Shown piece after piece: positions 45,232 to 56,100 of a stretch of DNA of 64,000 nt. A program made the translations under genes and the position numbers. The stretch is taken from contig CM000150.2 in assembly GCA_000004695.1 (NCBI GenBank), positions 4,448,001 to 4,512,000 on the forward strand, given 5' to 3'. The notes beneath the pieces were generated by a model, which had not been told where the DNA came from, did no database searches, and saw only the letters and a program-made list of their open reading frames with translations. Source of the DNA: Dictyostelium discoideum. Lineage: Eukaryota. Numbering within the stretch: position 1 is the first letter of the stretch; each line of letters begins with the position of its first letter.

Positions 45232-48200
45232 TTATCTTCTTGGTTTTCTTGTTATATAAACAAATGTAATAACCATAAGAATATTAAATATCCAGAAACA
45301 TATTAAAATAGCTAAATTTCTCCATCTATTATCAAATGACCAACCAAGTGTATTATAATATTCTTCACCATTGTTGTAAAGACAATAACCACATTTACTT
45401 TCATCACCTTCATTTATTGCTTCAACATAACCTGTTAATGGTTCTGAAATTGGGAAATATTGTTTACATGTTACACCATTTACAGCTTCTGGATTTGTAA
45501 AATGAGTAAAATCTTCTGATGTACACTTTACATCGGTATGTTTTAATACATTTGTAACAATACCTTCCATAAAGTAACGACATGGGTTTAAATGATACAC
45601 CCATCCTCTCCAAAAGGTTGGAATTGACGATGGTATTACCATTACTCCACAGAAAAGAAATAGGAAAACAATTAACAATGGAATGAGTGTATGAGCTAAA
45701 AACTAAATTTTTTTTTTTTTTTTAAATGATTAATATTAATTTTTTTTTTTTTTTTTTTTTAATAAATAAAATGAGTCTTACCAAATTAAAACTAATTGCA
45801 GATACTGCTTGACCAAAGCTAACACAAAATAAAAGACTATAAAAAAATTTATAAAGATATCTAATTAGTAATTTCCTTTTTTTTTTTTTTTTTTTTTAAC
45901 AACCTACTATAAAATTAAAATAAACCAAAAATAAAAATTGATTTCATTAAATTTAGTATATAAACCAGCTGTCCAAAAAGAACAAAAGAAAAAAAAAGTA
46001 CCAGATATTATTACAATTGGTATCTCCACTGCAACTATTGAAATTGCAAATGGAAACCAAGAATAAAATTTTGATGCAAAATCTCTCTTAAAGTATTCCT
46101 GTTGCATAATGAATTGTGGAAGTACAACGAAAATTAACAAAATTCCAAGAATGAGTGTTTCGAAAATAAAGAATACACGTTGACTCATATCTGAACTTGA
46201 TCCTTTTAATGACCAAAAAGTAAAACCCATTATCAAACCTGCCATTGAAGCTTGAATGAATGAACCATACGTATAGAATGGATCTCTCCACCAAATTATA
46301 TTTAAACGTTTATAAACTTCAATAGTTTGATACCATATTGGTGTTGCAAATTCTCTTGGTTTACCATGGTCTTCAGTCGATGATGGTCCTTGTGCTTCCA
46401 ATGCTGCTAATTCACGCTCAATCTCTTGTAATTCTGGTGATTGTTTCCAAGTTTCTGACCAATTAACATCACTTTTACCATGTACACCTGCACCAGTTGC
46501 TTCTAAAATATATTCTGCTGGATTTTCACTTTCAGTACATGGACGAACACCATATCTTTCGAAATAAGATGTTAAAGTTTTTGACCCTTCACCAATATCA
46601 CCAAAATAAACAGTTTTACCACCTTTTGCTAATAAAAGAATACGATCAAAATGTTCAAATAATACTGAAGAAGGTTGATGAATTGTACAAACTAATGGCA
46701 TACCAGCATCTGCTAATTTACGAATAAATTTAACAATGTTATATGATGATTGAGCATCTAAACCTGATGTTGGTTCATCAAGGAAAAGAATATGTGGTTT
46801 TGCAACCAATTCTACACCAATTGTTAATCTTTTTCTTTCTTCAACGGAAATACCAACACCAGTTTCTAATGTACCAATTAAAGCATCACCTAAATGTTTC
46901 ATTTCCATCATTTCTAAAACATGTTCAACATAATCAAACTTTTCTTCTAATAAAACTGAAGGTTCTTGACGTAATTTTGCAGAGAAACGTAATGCTTCTC
47001 TCACGGTTAAACCTGGATTATGAACATCCATTTGTTCTACATAACCGGTAATACGTTCAAAATCAATTTCTAATGGTTTACCATTAAGGAAACATTTACC
47101 TTGAACTTCACCCATTGTTTTTCTTTTTGCTAATACATCGAGTAATGTTGTTTTACCAGCACCTGATGAACCCATTAATGCTGTCATTTGACCTGGTTTA
47201 ATCCAACCTTCAACATTATCTAATAGTAATCTTTTTCCACCTTTTACTGGTACAGTATAATTAATATTTTGCCAAGTGAAAATACCACCTCTCATTTTTA
47301 AAGTATCTTTCATTTTACTTGTAGCATTTGCAACTATTTGATTTTGTTTCTTTTCTTCCTCAACATCATTCATTTTTGGAGCTTTACCTTTTTTATAAAC
47401 TTTATGACTATAACCTCCACCAGTCCAATCGAAATATTCCATTGCGAACATATTTAAAACAATGTAAAGTATCCACCAAAGATAAAGTATAAAAACATTT
47501 TGAGTAAGATCGTCTGATCTAAAGTGGAATGACTCTTCAATATATTTAGAACCTGATACTGTTAAATTTCCCATTGATGCACCAGGAGATGCACAAATTC
47601 TATAACTATTATCATATACTATAATTTTATTTGGATCAGATGGAATTGCTGTATCTTGACAATCGAATGATAAATCACCAAATTCATTTGCCATAAGTGC
47701 TTTAAATGCATAACTAAATGGATTACACCTATAAAAAAAGAAAAAAAAAAAAAAAAATTATTAATATATATTCCTTAAATTTTAATAAAATTATTTTAAT
47801 TAAAAAAACTTACCAATAAAACCAAGAAAACCATGGATGCATTTTTGGTTTTGGAATTGTATAACCAGTGTATGTAATCATAGAAATGATGAAGATATTC
47901 ATTACATTTTGACTAATGTAAAGTGATGGTGAGAAATTACCAAACATACGGAAAAGATTTGTTGTTGCCAATGTTGCACCTACTAATGTAAAACAGAAAA
48001 TGAAGAATTTTCCAGCATCGTATTGTAAACCAAACATAAAGTAAACCACAATTGAGAATAAGAATACTTGAATAATCGTTAAGGGTATATCAGTAACAAT
48101 TTGTGCAATATGTAAAGCTGATGGACGATACATAGCGTAAGAATGTTGCTTTTGTAAAATACCCCTTTGTCCGAAAGTTAAAGGCATTTCGCATTCGCAT

Positions 48201-50057
48201 AAAAGAGCATTGAATAGAATAACTGAAAAAAGAGTACCACCTCTTGTAAATAAACCATTAATATTTGTTTCTAAATTATAAAATATTGAGCCATAAACAA
48301 ATGATTGAGTAAATACTGATAGGTATCTAGAGCCTAATGATAATTTATCACCCCAAATAATTTGGAAATTTCTAACGATTAACGCTTTAACTTGAGTTAA
48401 AAATGAAGTTGTATAAATTGATCTCTTTGAAGTGGTTTTACTTTTTTCGGCTTTAACTTCTTGAATGAAATCAACTGCTGGTTGTTCAATTTCAATCTTT
48501 CTTTCATATTCTTTTTGTTCCTCTAACATATCTCTATACATTGAAGAGTTTCTCCAAGCAGCTTCGAAATCGGCGAAAGTTTCTGGAACACGACCTTCAA
48601 ATCCTTGTCTAATAATACGTTCTTGTGGATTTGTAACACCTGTCAAAAAATCTGGTGTTGACTTTCTTGGTTCACAATCGAATCCTAAATCTATAAAATA
48701 TTGTTTTGCTTTATTGCCAGGTCCAAAATAAATTAATCTACCTTTTTCAATGACTGCAACATTATCAAATAAATTATAAATTGAATCTGATGCTTGATAA
48801 AATGATGCAATTGTAGTCTTATCCAATGTATCTGACATGATTCGAATTGATTTTGCATAATCTAATGCACTTGCTGCATCAAGACCACGAGTTGAACAAT
48901 CATAACATGTAATTGATGCCGAAGATACCATTGCTTCTGTAATTGTTAATCTTTTACGTTCACCACCTGATAAACCTCTAATAAATTCATTACCAACAAT
49001 CTAAATAATTTTTAAATATTAAAAAATAATATCAATTAATAAATTAACCAATATTATTATTATTATTAAAAACTTACAGTATCAGCTTGATGAACAATAC
49101 CAAACATTCCTAATAATAAATCAAATATTCTTTTTCTATATGTACGCTTTTTTTCATCTGGTAAACGATTATGAATTGTTTTACATTTTAATGCGAAATC
49201 TAAAGTCTGACGAACTGTTAAAGTTGGATGATGAGTATCCTCTTCTGGTGTATAAATTGATTCACCTTGATAACGTTTCCATTCTTTTGCTGGAATACCA
49301 CCATATGTAATATCACCTTTAACTTCAACATATGATCCTCTTTGATTTGAAATTAAACGTAATAATGTCTATAAAATTAAAAAAAAAATTATTAATATTA
49401 TTTTTATTACTAAAAAAAAAAAAAAATTAAAAAAAAAAAATTAAAATAGTTTACCGAGCAACCAGAACCAGGACGACCTAATACTAATAACATTCCACCA
49501 TCTCTGTTGAATAAAGTAATATCATGAAGAATATCAAAAGTACTACCTTTCTCTTTCCAAGTTGATGGTTTAAATAAATTTAAAATTTTAAATATTGGTG
49601 TTGATAAATCTGAAATTACAGATTGATCAGCACCGACACCCACGACTGTTAAATTTCTAACTGAAACACCCATTTTCTTTGGTTTTTGACCATTACCTAT
49701 TTTTTAATAAATTTTAAAAATTAATATTTTTAAAAAAAAATAAAAAAATAATATAATATTAACCATCAACTCACCTAATGCCACACGTTGAGAATTTTCA
49801 AAATATTTTCTTAATTTAAAATCTTCATCATTTTCATTATGATTATTTTCAGCATCTAAATTTGATAAATATTGTTTTGAATCAGTTTCTAATTCATTGG
49901 CAATATATTTAAATTGATTTTCACTATTTTGGATATCTGGTGAATTTAATTGGAAATCATCACCAACCACACCAAAATTATTATTATTATTTGGTGTATT
50001 AATATTTAAATTTTCAACTTCCTGGAAAGAATACTCATTTAATTCAAATTCTTTCAT
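45232..50057 (-). CDS. Full-size ABCG/PDR transporter, copy 2, a tandem paralogue of copy 1. Seven exons: 50057..49775, 49696..49455, 49368..49078, 49000..47814, 47728..45908, 45836..45782, 45702..45232 (stop included). 1449 aa, the same length as copy 1.
   Basis: Donors and acceptors read off the sequence. (1) ...NSQRVALG then gtgagt...aaaaatag, then GT-AATGGTCAAAAACCAAAG, phase 1. (2) ...GRPGSGCS then gtaaac...ttttatag, then ACATTATTACGT ([11 protein letters not shown]...). (3) ...GIVHQADT then gtaagt...ttatttag, then ATTGTTGGTAATGAA. (4) ...[10 protein letters not shown] then gtaagt...ttttttatag, then G-TGTAATCCATTTAGT ([18 protein letters not shown]), phase 2. (5) ...[11 protein letters not shown] then gtaggt...ttttttatag, then T-CTTTTATTTTGTGTTAGC ([19 protein letters not shown]). 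(6) ...AATTTG then gtaaga...aaatttag, then TTTTTAGCTCATACACTC ([15 protein letters not shown]...). Exon lengths sum to 4350 nt, the same as copy 1. Exons 1+2 together equal copy-1 exon 1 (525 nt). The listed ORFs 49704..50057, 49410..49673, 47810..48931, 45907..47694 and 45232..45678 are exon pieces. Confidence 0.8.
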
Positions 50058-50758
50058 TTTTTTTTTTTTTTATTTTTAATTTTTTAATATTTGATTAAAA
50101 GAAAAAAAAAAAAAAAAAAAAGATAAGAGGTTTTCTAAAAATAGTTAGTATTTATAGTTTTATTATTATTTTTTTTTTTTTTTTTTTTTTTCACTTACAA
50201 TTTTTTTAATAATTTTTTTTTTTTTTAAAGATAAAAAAAGAAAAAAGTTTTTATTAATAACCACTTATTTTTCATTTATTAAGTTTAGCTTTTATACCAA
50301 AAAAAAAATAAAAAAAAAAAAATAATAAAAAATAATAAAAATAAAAAAATAAAATAAAATAATGAAAATAATAAAAAAGCCATTATAAAATTTTATAATG
50401 ACTCACTATCCAAATATGGTAAAAGCAAATACTTTATAAAGACATTGCACGGTTTGAAAACAATCAAAAAAAAAAAAAATTTAAAGCCAACACCAATTTT
50501 TTATTTTTTTATTTTTTTTTTATTTTTGAAACGTTTCAAAGACACTAGAACGTTATTTTGTTCCGTTACTGATTATAAAAATAAATTGATTGAAAATAAA
50601 ATTTTGTAAGGACCCTTAACTTGACAAATTTAGAAGGAGTGATTGCCAAATACAATCAAGTTACACAAAAAATTTTAAAAATCAATTGTGATTGCATATT
50701 TATTTTTACGAGAACAATAAAGAATAACGGAACGGAATGAATTTAGTTTAAGACCAAA

Positions 50759-50787
50759 GAAAAAAAAAAAAAAAAAAAAAAAAATTG

Positions 50788-50870
<83 letters not shown>
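50759..50870. repeat. Poly(A)/poly(T) homopolymer of about 110 nt, interrupted once by ttg. Intergenic, upstream of the SDR gene and 700 bp upstream of abcG copy 2.
   Basis: Direct observation. An unusually long pure homopolymer. Confidence 0.9.
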
Positions 50871-50873
<3 letters not shown>

Positions 50874-51253
50874 AATATCTTAAACTTTTTATGATAATAT
50901 TATATTTTCACAAAAAAAAAAAAATTGAAAATATTATATCAATTATCATAAAAAAAAAATTTTGGATATTTATAATATTTATTTTTTTTTATTATTATTT
51001 TTTTTTGAGATACATTATAAAAGTGAAGAAATAAAAACGAAACTTTTTAAAATAAAAAATTAAATTCTAAGAAAAAAAAGACTTTTTTTTATTATTTTTT
51101 TTTTATAAATTTTTTTTTTTTTTTTTTTTTTTTCATCAAAAAAATTTTTTTTTTTTTTTTTTTTTTTATCAACTCATTTTTTTATTTGAATTTATAAATT
51201 ATATAATTAATATATTTATTTATTTATTTTTTTAAAAAAAAAAAAAAAAAAAA

Positions 51254-54247
51254 ATGGTTGACAAAAGTGAAATAATAAAAAATATAGATATAATCAATAA
51301 TTTGATAATTAATAAAATCTCAAAAACCAATGAAAATGAAAATTTTGAAGAATACTTCAAAAATTTAAATAATATTCAATTAAATGAATACTCTGGTTTA
51401 TATTTATGGGTATCATTAAGAGATCAATCAATTAAAAATAATTTAGAATATCATAAAGTCATTGAAAAGTTTAAAACAATTTTAAACAATAGAGAGAAGA
51501 ATAACGACACTGATGAAAACAATAATAATAATAATAATAATAAAAACATAAAAACTTTATTATCATTATATAACAATTCAATTGTTTCAAATACATTCTT
51601 ACAAAAAGATATAAAACCAATTCAAAAGTATTATTTATCAAATTATCAAGTTACCCCAAATGATTGTTCAACAACAACAACAACAACAATAAATTCAAAA
51701 ATAACATCAACACCAACACAATTAATTAAAGTTTATAGTGAATATAAAAAAGAATCAATGGTATTAAGGGATACTTTTGCAGATAAATCAATTTTTAAAA
51801 GAGAAGAAATTACAAATGATGAAATGACACATCCATTTATAAAATTTAATGATTATATTATTGAGCTTGATAAGAATAAAAATGAAGATAAAGCAATTGA
51901 AGAATTAGGTATTAATCCAATTGGTGATTGGTCAATTAATAATTCTTTTGAATTATTTAAAGATTGTTTTAATATATTTACAAAAGGTGTTTTAAATGGT
52001 ATTGAATGGTCAAATGAAAATAGAGATAATACTAAAGTTATTGTATCAGGTGGTTCGGTTTCATCATGTTTAAGTACATTACCAAAAAGATTATTAAAAC
52101 TTTATTATGAAATGAAAATGGTAGCACGTTTATTAAACCAATTAAAATTACCATTTAATGTGGTTCAATCGATTTATGAATATTCTAAACCATATAATCA
52201 ATTCTTTATTGAATTGGAGAAACATTATCATTCAATGGAATCACCATTTTTAAATAGTGATTTAGATTTATTCTTTATTACACCATCAATAAGTGAAGGT
52301 AAAAAGAAATTAGAAGAGGTTGCATTAAAGATTCAATCAAATTTAATTTCAAAATCAGATCATACCGATTTAAGATTTGTTCGTACCCAAAATTCAATTA
52401 CCATTGTATCATCATATCCATATAGACCAATTCAATTAATGATTTTCTTTATTCGTTCAATTGAAGATTTAATTTCATTCTATGATTTAGATTGTGTTAC
52501 TACAGCGTACAATGGTGAAAATGTTTTCCTATTACCACGTACAATCAATGCTTTCAATAAAAGATTAAATATGGTACCGCCTGCATTATTTAATCCTGAC
52601 AATGATAGATTATACAAATATCTTTATCGTGGCTTTAATGCAATGTGTTTTGAAAATTGTATTCATGAAACAAGATGTGATAAGAAAAGTACACTTTATG
52701 ATTTAGTTTTAAATCCAGATTCAATCTCCAAAGATACTCATGGTCGTCCTGAATTTGTAGTGTCAAGTTATAATCAAGATAGTGCAAGTTTCTTTAATTT
52801 CCCATATGGTCCTGAGAAATCATTTGAAGATGTTTTAAAAGAATTGGATAAAAAAAATTATTTAAATTCAATTAATTTCAATGATCAATTATTTGATAAT
52901 CTCCAATATTCAACTCACCCATGTGATTGGAGATTTAAATTCATAAAGATAAAGAATTTATCTTCAAATGTTACTTTCAAATGTTATATGTGTAAGAAAA
53001 ATTTAGATGATACAACCTCAAGATTATGTTCATTTTGTTGTTATATAAATGAAACTTTATTTGAAGATTTATCTTATGAAATAAGTCGTGCTCGATTGAT
53101 TATGAATGAAAAATATGCAATTGTAACTGGTGGACGTATTAAAATTGGTTTAAAAATAGCAATTAGTTTATTAGATTTAGGTTTCAATGTAATTATTACA
53201 ACTCGTTTCCCACAATGTGCAATGGAGAAATTTAAAGAATTGCTTTTACCTAAATATTTAGAAAGATTAAGAATTTATGGTGTTGACTTTAGAAATGTTC
53301 AAGCTGTTCAATCATTCATTGATACAATTAAATCTACAATACCAAGAATTGATATTTTAATTAATAATGCTGCTCAAACTATTCGTAGACCAAGGGCCTA
53401 TTATTATGATTTAATTCAAAAAGAAAAACAATTATTATTAAATAATAATAAAATTAATGCTATATCACCTAATGAATCCAAACAACAACAACAACAACAA
53501 CAACAAAAACTACAACAACAACAACTACAAAATGGTGTTTTAACTTTAACTTGTAAAAAGGATGGTGAATTATCAACAATTTCATCAATTGAAATAGTTG
53601 AAAAAGTTTTAATAGATTGTGATAAAGATGAAAGTAATTTTGAAATTTTCCCACCAGGTCAAGTTGATGAACATGGTGAACAATTAGATCTTCGTGAAAA
53701 GACAAGTTGGGTCCAAAGTGTTGAAGAAATTTCAGTTGTTGAAGTAGCTGAAGTCTCTTTGGTAAATTCAACCATACCATTCATGTTGGTATCACAATTA
53801 TCTTCAATGATGGGAGCAAATTGTCAACCAAATAATTTTAACAAAAATGAAATTGGATATGAAAAATCATTAAAACATATTAAAAGAAATGATTGGTCTT
53901 ATATTGTTAATGTTACCTCACCAGAAGGAGAGTTTAAAAATGAAATTAACTCTTTGACAGGTTTACATGTCCACACAAATATGGCAAAATCAAGTTTAAA
54001 TATGATGACAAAAACCATTGCTTACACTCATGAAATTAAGAATATCTATGTTTGTGGTGCTGATACTGGTTGGATTTCAGATATGCAACCAAAAAGAAAT
54101 GATCTTGGTTTACCATCAAGAGATCCTCCCCTCAGTGAAGAGGATGGTGCAAATCGTGTTTTGTACCCAATCTTTCATCACATGGTTGAAGATAATAGAC
54201 ATCCATCTGGAGTTAATTTCGTTAATTTTAAACCAGTTGAGTGGTAA
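51254..54247 (+). CDS. Large protein of 997 aa with a C-terminal short-chain dehydrogenase/reductase (SDR) Rossmann-fold domain and a roughly 600-aa N-terminal region of unknown function. Single exon.
   Basis: YAIVTGGRIKIGLKIAISLLDLGFNVIITTRF is a TGGxxxIG dinucleotide-binding motif. ILINNAAQ is the NNAG-type motif. Downstream TNMAKSSLNMMTKT sits where the SDR YxxxK catalytic motif would be, but no Tyr is evident. A Q-rich insert ([19 protein letters not shown]) interrupts the domain. ATG at 51254. Stop codon included at 54245-54247. Confidence 0.6.
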   Translation: MVDKSEIIKNIDIINNLIINKISKTNENENFEEYFKNLNNIQLNEYSGLYLWVSLRDQSIKNNLEYHKVIEKFKTILNNREKNNDTDENNNNNNNNKNIKTLLSLYNNSIVSNTFLQKDIKPIQKYYLSNYQVTPNDCSTTTTTTINSKITSTPTQLIKVYSEYKKESMVLRDTFADKSIFKREEITNDEMTHPFIKFNDYIIELDKNKNEDKAIEELGINPIGDWSINNSFELFKDCFNIFTKGVLNGIEWSNENRDNTKVIVSGGSVSSCLSTLPKRLLKLYYEMKMVARLLNQLKLPFNVVQSIYEYSKPYNQFFIELEKHYHSMESPFLNSDLDLFFITPSISEGKKKLEEVALKIQSNLISKSDHTDLRFVRTQNSITIVSSYPYRPIQLMIFFIRSIEDLISFYDLDCVTTAYNGENVFLLPRTINAFNKRLNMVPPALFNPDNDRLYKYLYRGFNAMCFENCIHETRCDKKSTLYDLVLNPDSISKDTHGRPEFVVSSYNQDSASFFNFPYGPEKSFEDVLKELDKKNYLNSINFNDQLFDNLQYSTHPCDWRFKFIKIKNLSSNVTFKCYMCKKNLDDTTSRLCSFCCYINETLFEDLSYEISRARLIMNEKYAIVTGGRIKIGLKIAISLLDLGFNVIITTRFPQCAMEKFKELLLPKYLERLRIYGVDFRNVQAVQSFIDTIKSTIPRIDILINNAAQTIRRPRAYYYDLIQKEKQLLLNNNKINAISPNESKQQQQQQQQKLQQQQLQNGVLTLTCKKDGELSTISSIEIVEKVLIDCDKDESNFEIFPPGQVDEHGEQLDLREKTSWVQSVEEISVVEVAEVSLVNSTIPFMLVSQLSSMMGANCQPNNFNKNEIGYEKSLKHIKRNDWSYIVNVTSPEGEFKNEINSLTGLHVHTNMAKSSLNMMTKTIAYTHEIKNIYVCGADTGWISDMQPKRNDLGLPSRDPPLSEEDGANRVLYPIFHHMVEDNRHPSGVNFVNFKPVEW

Positions 54248-54536
54248 AATATAAGTAAATAAATAAATTAATAAATAAATAAATAAATAAATAAATGAAT
54301 AAATAAATAATAAAAAAAATAAATAAAATGAATAAATAAATAAATAAAATAAATAATTTTTGTTGAATTGGATAATGCGATTGTTGGTTGTATCCTTGAG
54401 TGTTGTTATTAATAAAAAAAAAAAAGAAATATAAAATAAAATAAAGCATAACAAATTTTTTTTTTTTTTTGTTTAATATTTTTATTTAATAAGGTTTATT
54501 TAAATTACTACTATTTAGACAAGATATATTTCAAAC

Positions 54537-54776
54537 TTAATTATCATAATCTTCATCTCTTTCATCTTCATCCAATTCACCAAAAGAACTATCGGAAGGA
54601 TCATCATCATCAAGAGGATTAAATCTTTGTTTTTTGTTTGGTTGATGTCGTTGTTGGTGTTGCTGTTGTTGATAGGAATGATGTTGGTATTGATTATTGT
54701 TATTATGGTTACTATTATAATTATTATTGTTATAGTTATTATGGTTGCTTTTATGATGAAGTTGTTGTAGTTGAGG

Positions 54777-54841
<65 letters not shown>

Positions 54842-55360
54842 GAGGTTGTTGTTGTTGTTGTTGAGGTTGTTGTTGTTGTTGAGGTTGTTGTTGTTGTTGA
54901 GGTTGTTGTTGTTGAGGTTGTTGTTGGGGTCTTGTTACAAAAGTTGGTTGTGGATTTGGTTCATCATCATTAGTGAGGTTTGATAGTGACATTGGATCAT
55001 ATCTTTTACCGCCACCATTATTGATATTATTGAGGTTTGTATTGCTATTGTTATTGTTGTTAATGTTGTTAAAATTACTTATCATATTGTTATTGTTATT
55101 ATTACCACTACTATTTGAACTATAATCCCTAAACTCTCTATTGTCTCTGTTTGGTCTATTATCTCTATGTTCTCTATGTTCTCTATTTTCTCTGTTTTCT
55201 CTATTTTCTCTGTTTTCTCTATCACCTCTATGTTCTCTATTTTCTCTGTGACGCTCTCTGTGCTCTTTGTGATTACTAGATCTATGCTCTTTGTGTTCTC
55301 TGTGATGATCTTTGCCACTGTGATCTCTTTGATTATTATTGTTGGTATTATTGTTGTTGC

Positions 55361-55393
<33 letters not shown>

Positions 55394-56051
55394 TATTATT
55401 ATTATTATTATTATTCATATTATTATTATTATTATTATTATTATTGTTATTACTATTATTATTATTATTATTATTGTTCATATTATTCATATTATTCATA
55501 TTATTATTATTATTATTATTATTAATCATATTATTATTATTATTATTCATATTATTATTATTATTATTAATATTAATGTTACTATTATTGTTATTATTAT
55601 TACTGTTATGGTGATGGTGATCGCTTCTATTTGATTCTCTACTATGATGTTCTTTTTGATCTCTACTTCTCTCTCTGTCTCTCTCTCTACCCTCTTTACT
55701 TTCCTTTTGTCTTTCTCTATCCCTGTCTCTATCCCTGTCTCTATCTCTATCTCCACCCTTACTTGATTTTGACGATGATGATTTAGATTTTTGTGGAGTT
55801 TGATTAGGGTTTTGAGATTGTTGATGGTTTTCATTATTGTTGTTAATATTATTATTGTTATTATTAATATTATTATTATTATTGCTAATGTTGTTATTTT
55901 GAGAAAGGTTACATGGTGAAGCAGGTGGGGATAAGCTATTATTGTTATGGTTTCCTTTCGAATTATTTAAAAGTTTAGTTGAAGTAGTAGTTGTGGTTGA
56001 GTTATTTTTATCTACATTTGGGCTTTGGATTGCTTGTTGTTGTTGTGGTTT

Positions 56052-56100
<49 letters not shown>

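Noticed and set aside
53469-53780. Minus-strand ORF 53469..53780 inside the SDR gene, and the + ORFs 54638..54983, 55167..55634, 60968..61756, 62027..63334 opposite the SNF2 gene
   Set aside because: Low-complexity antisense or alternative-frame shadows (poly-V, poly-L, poly-Y, poly-I) of Q/N-rich coding repeats.
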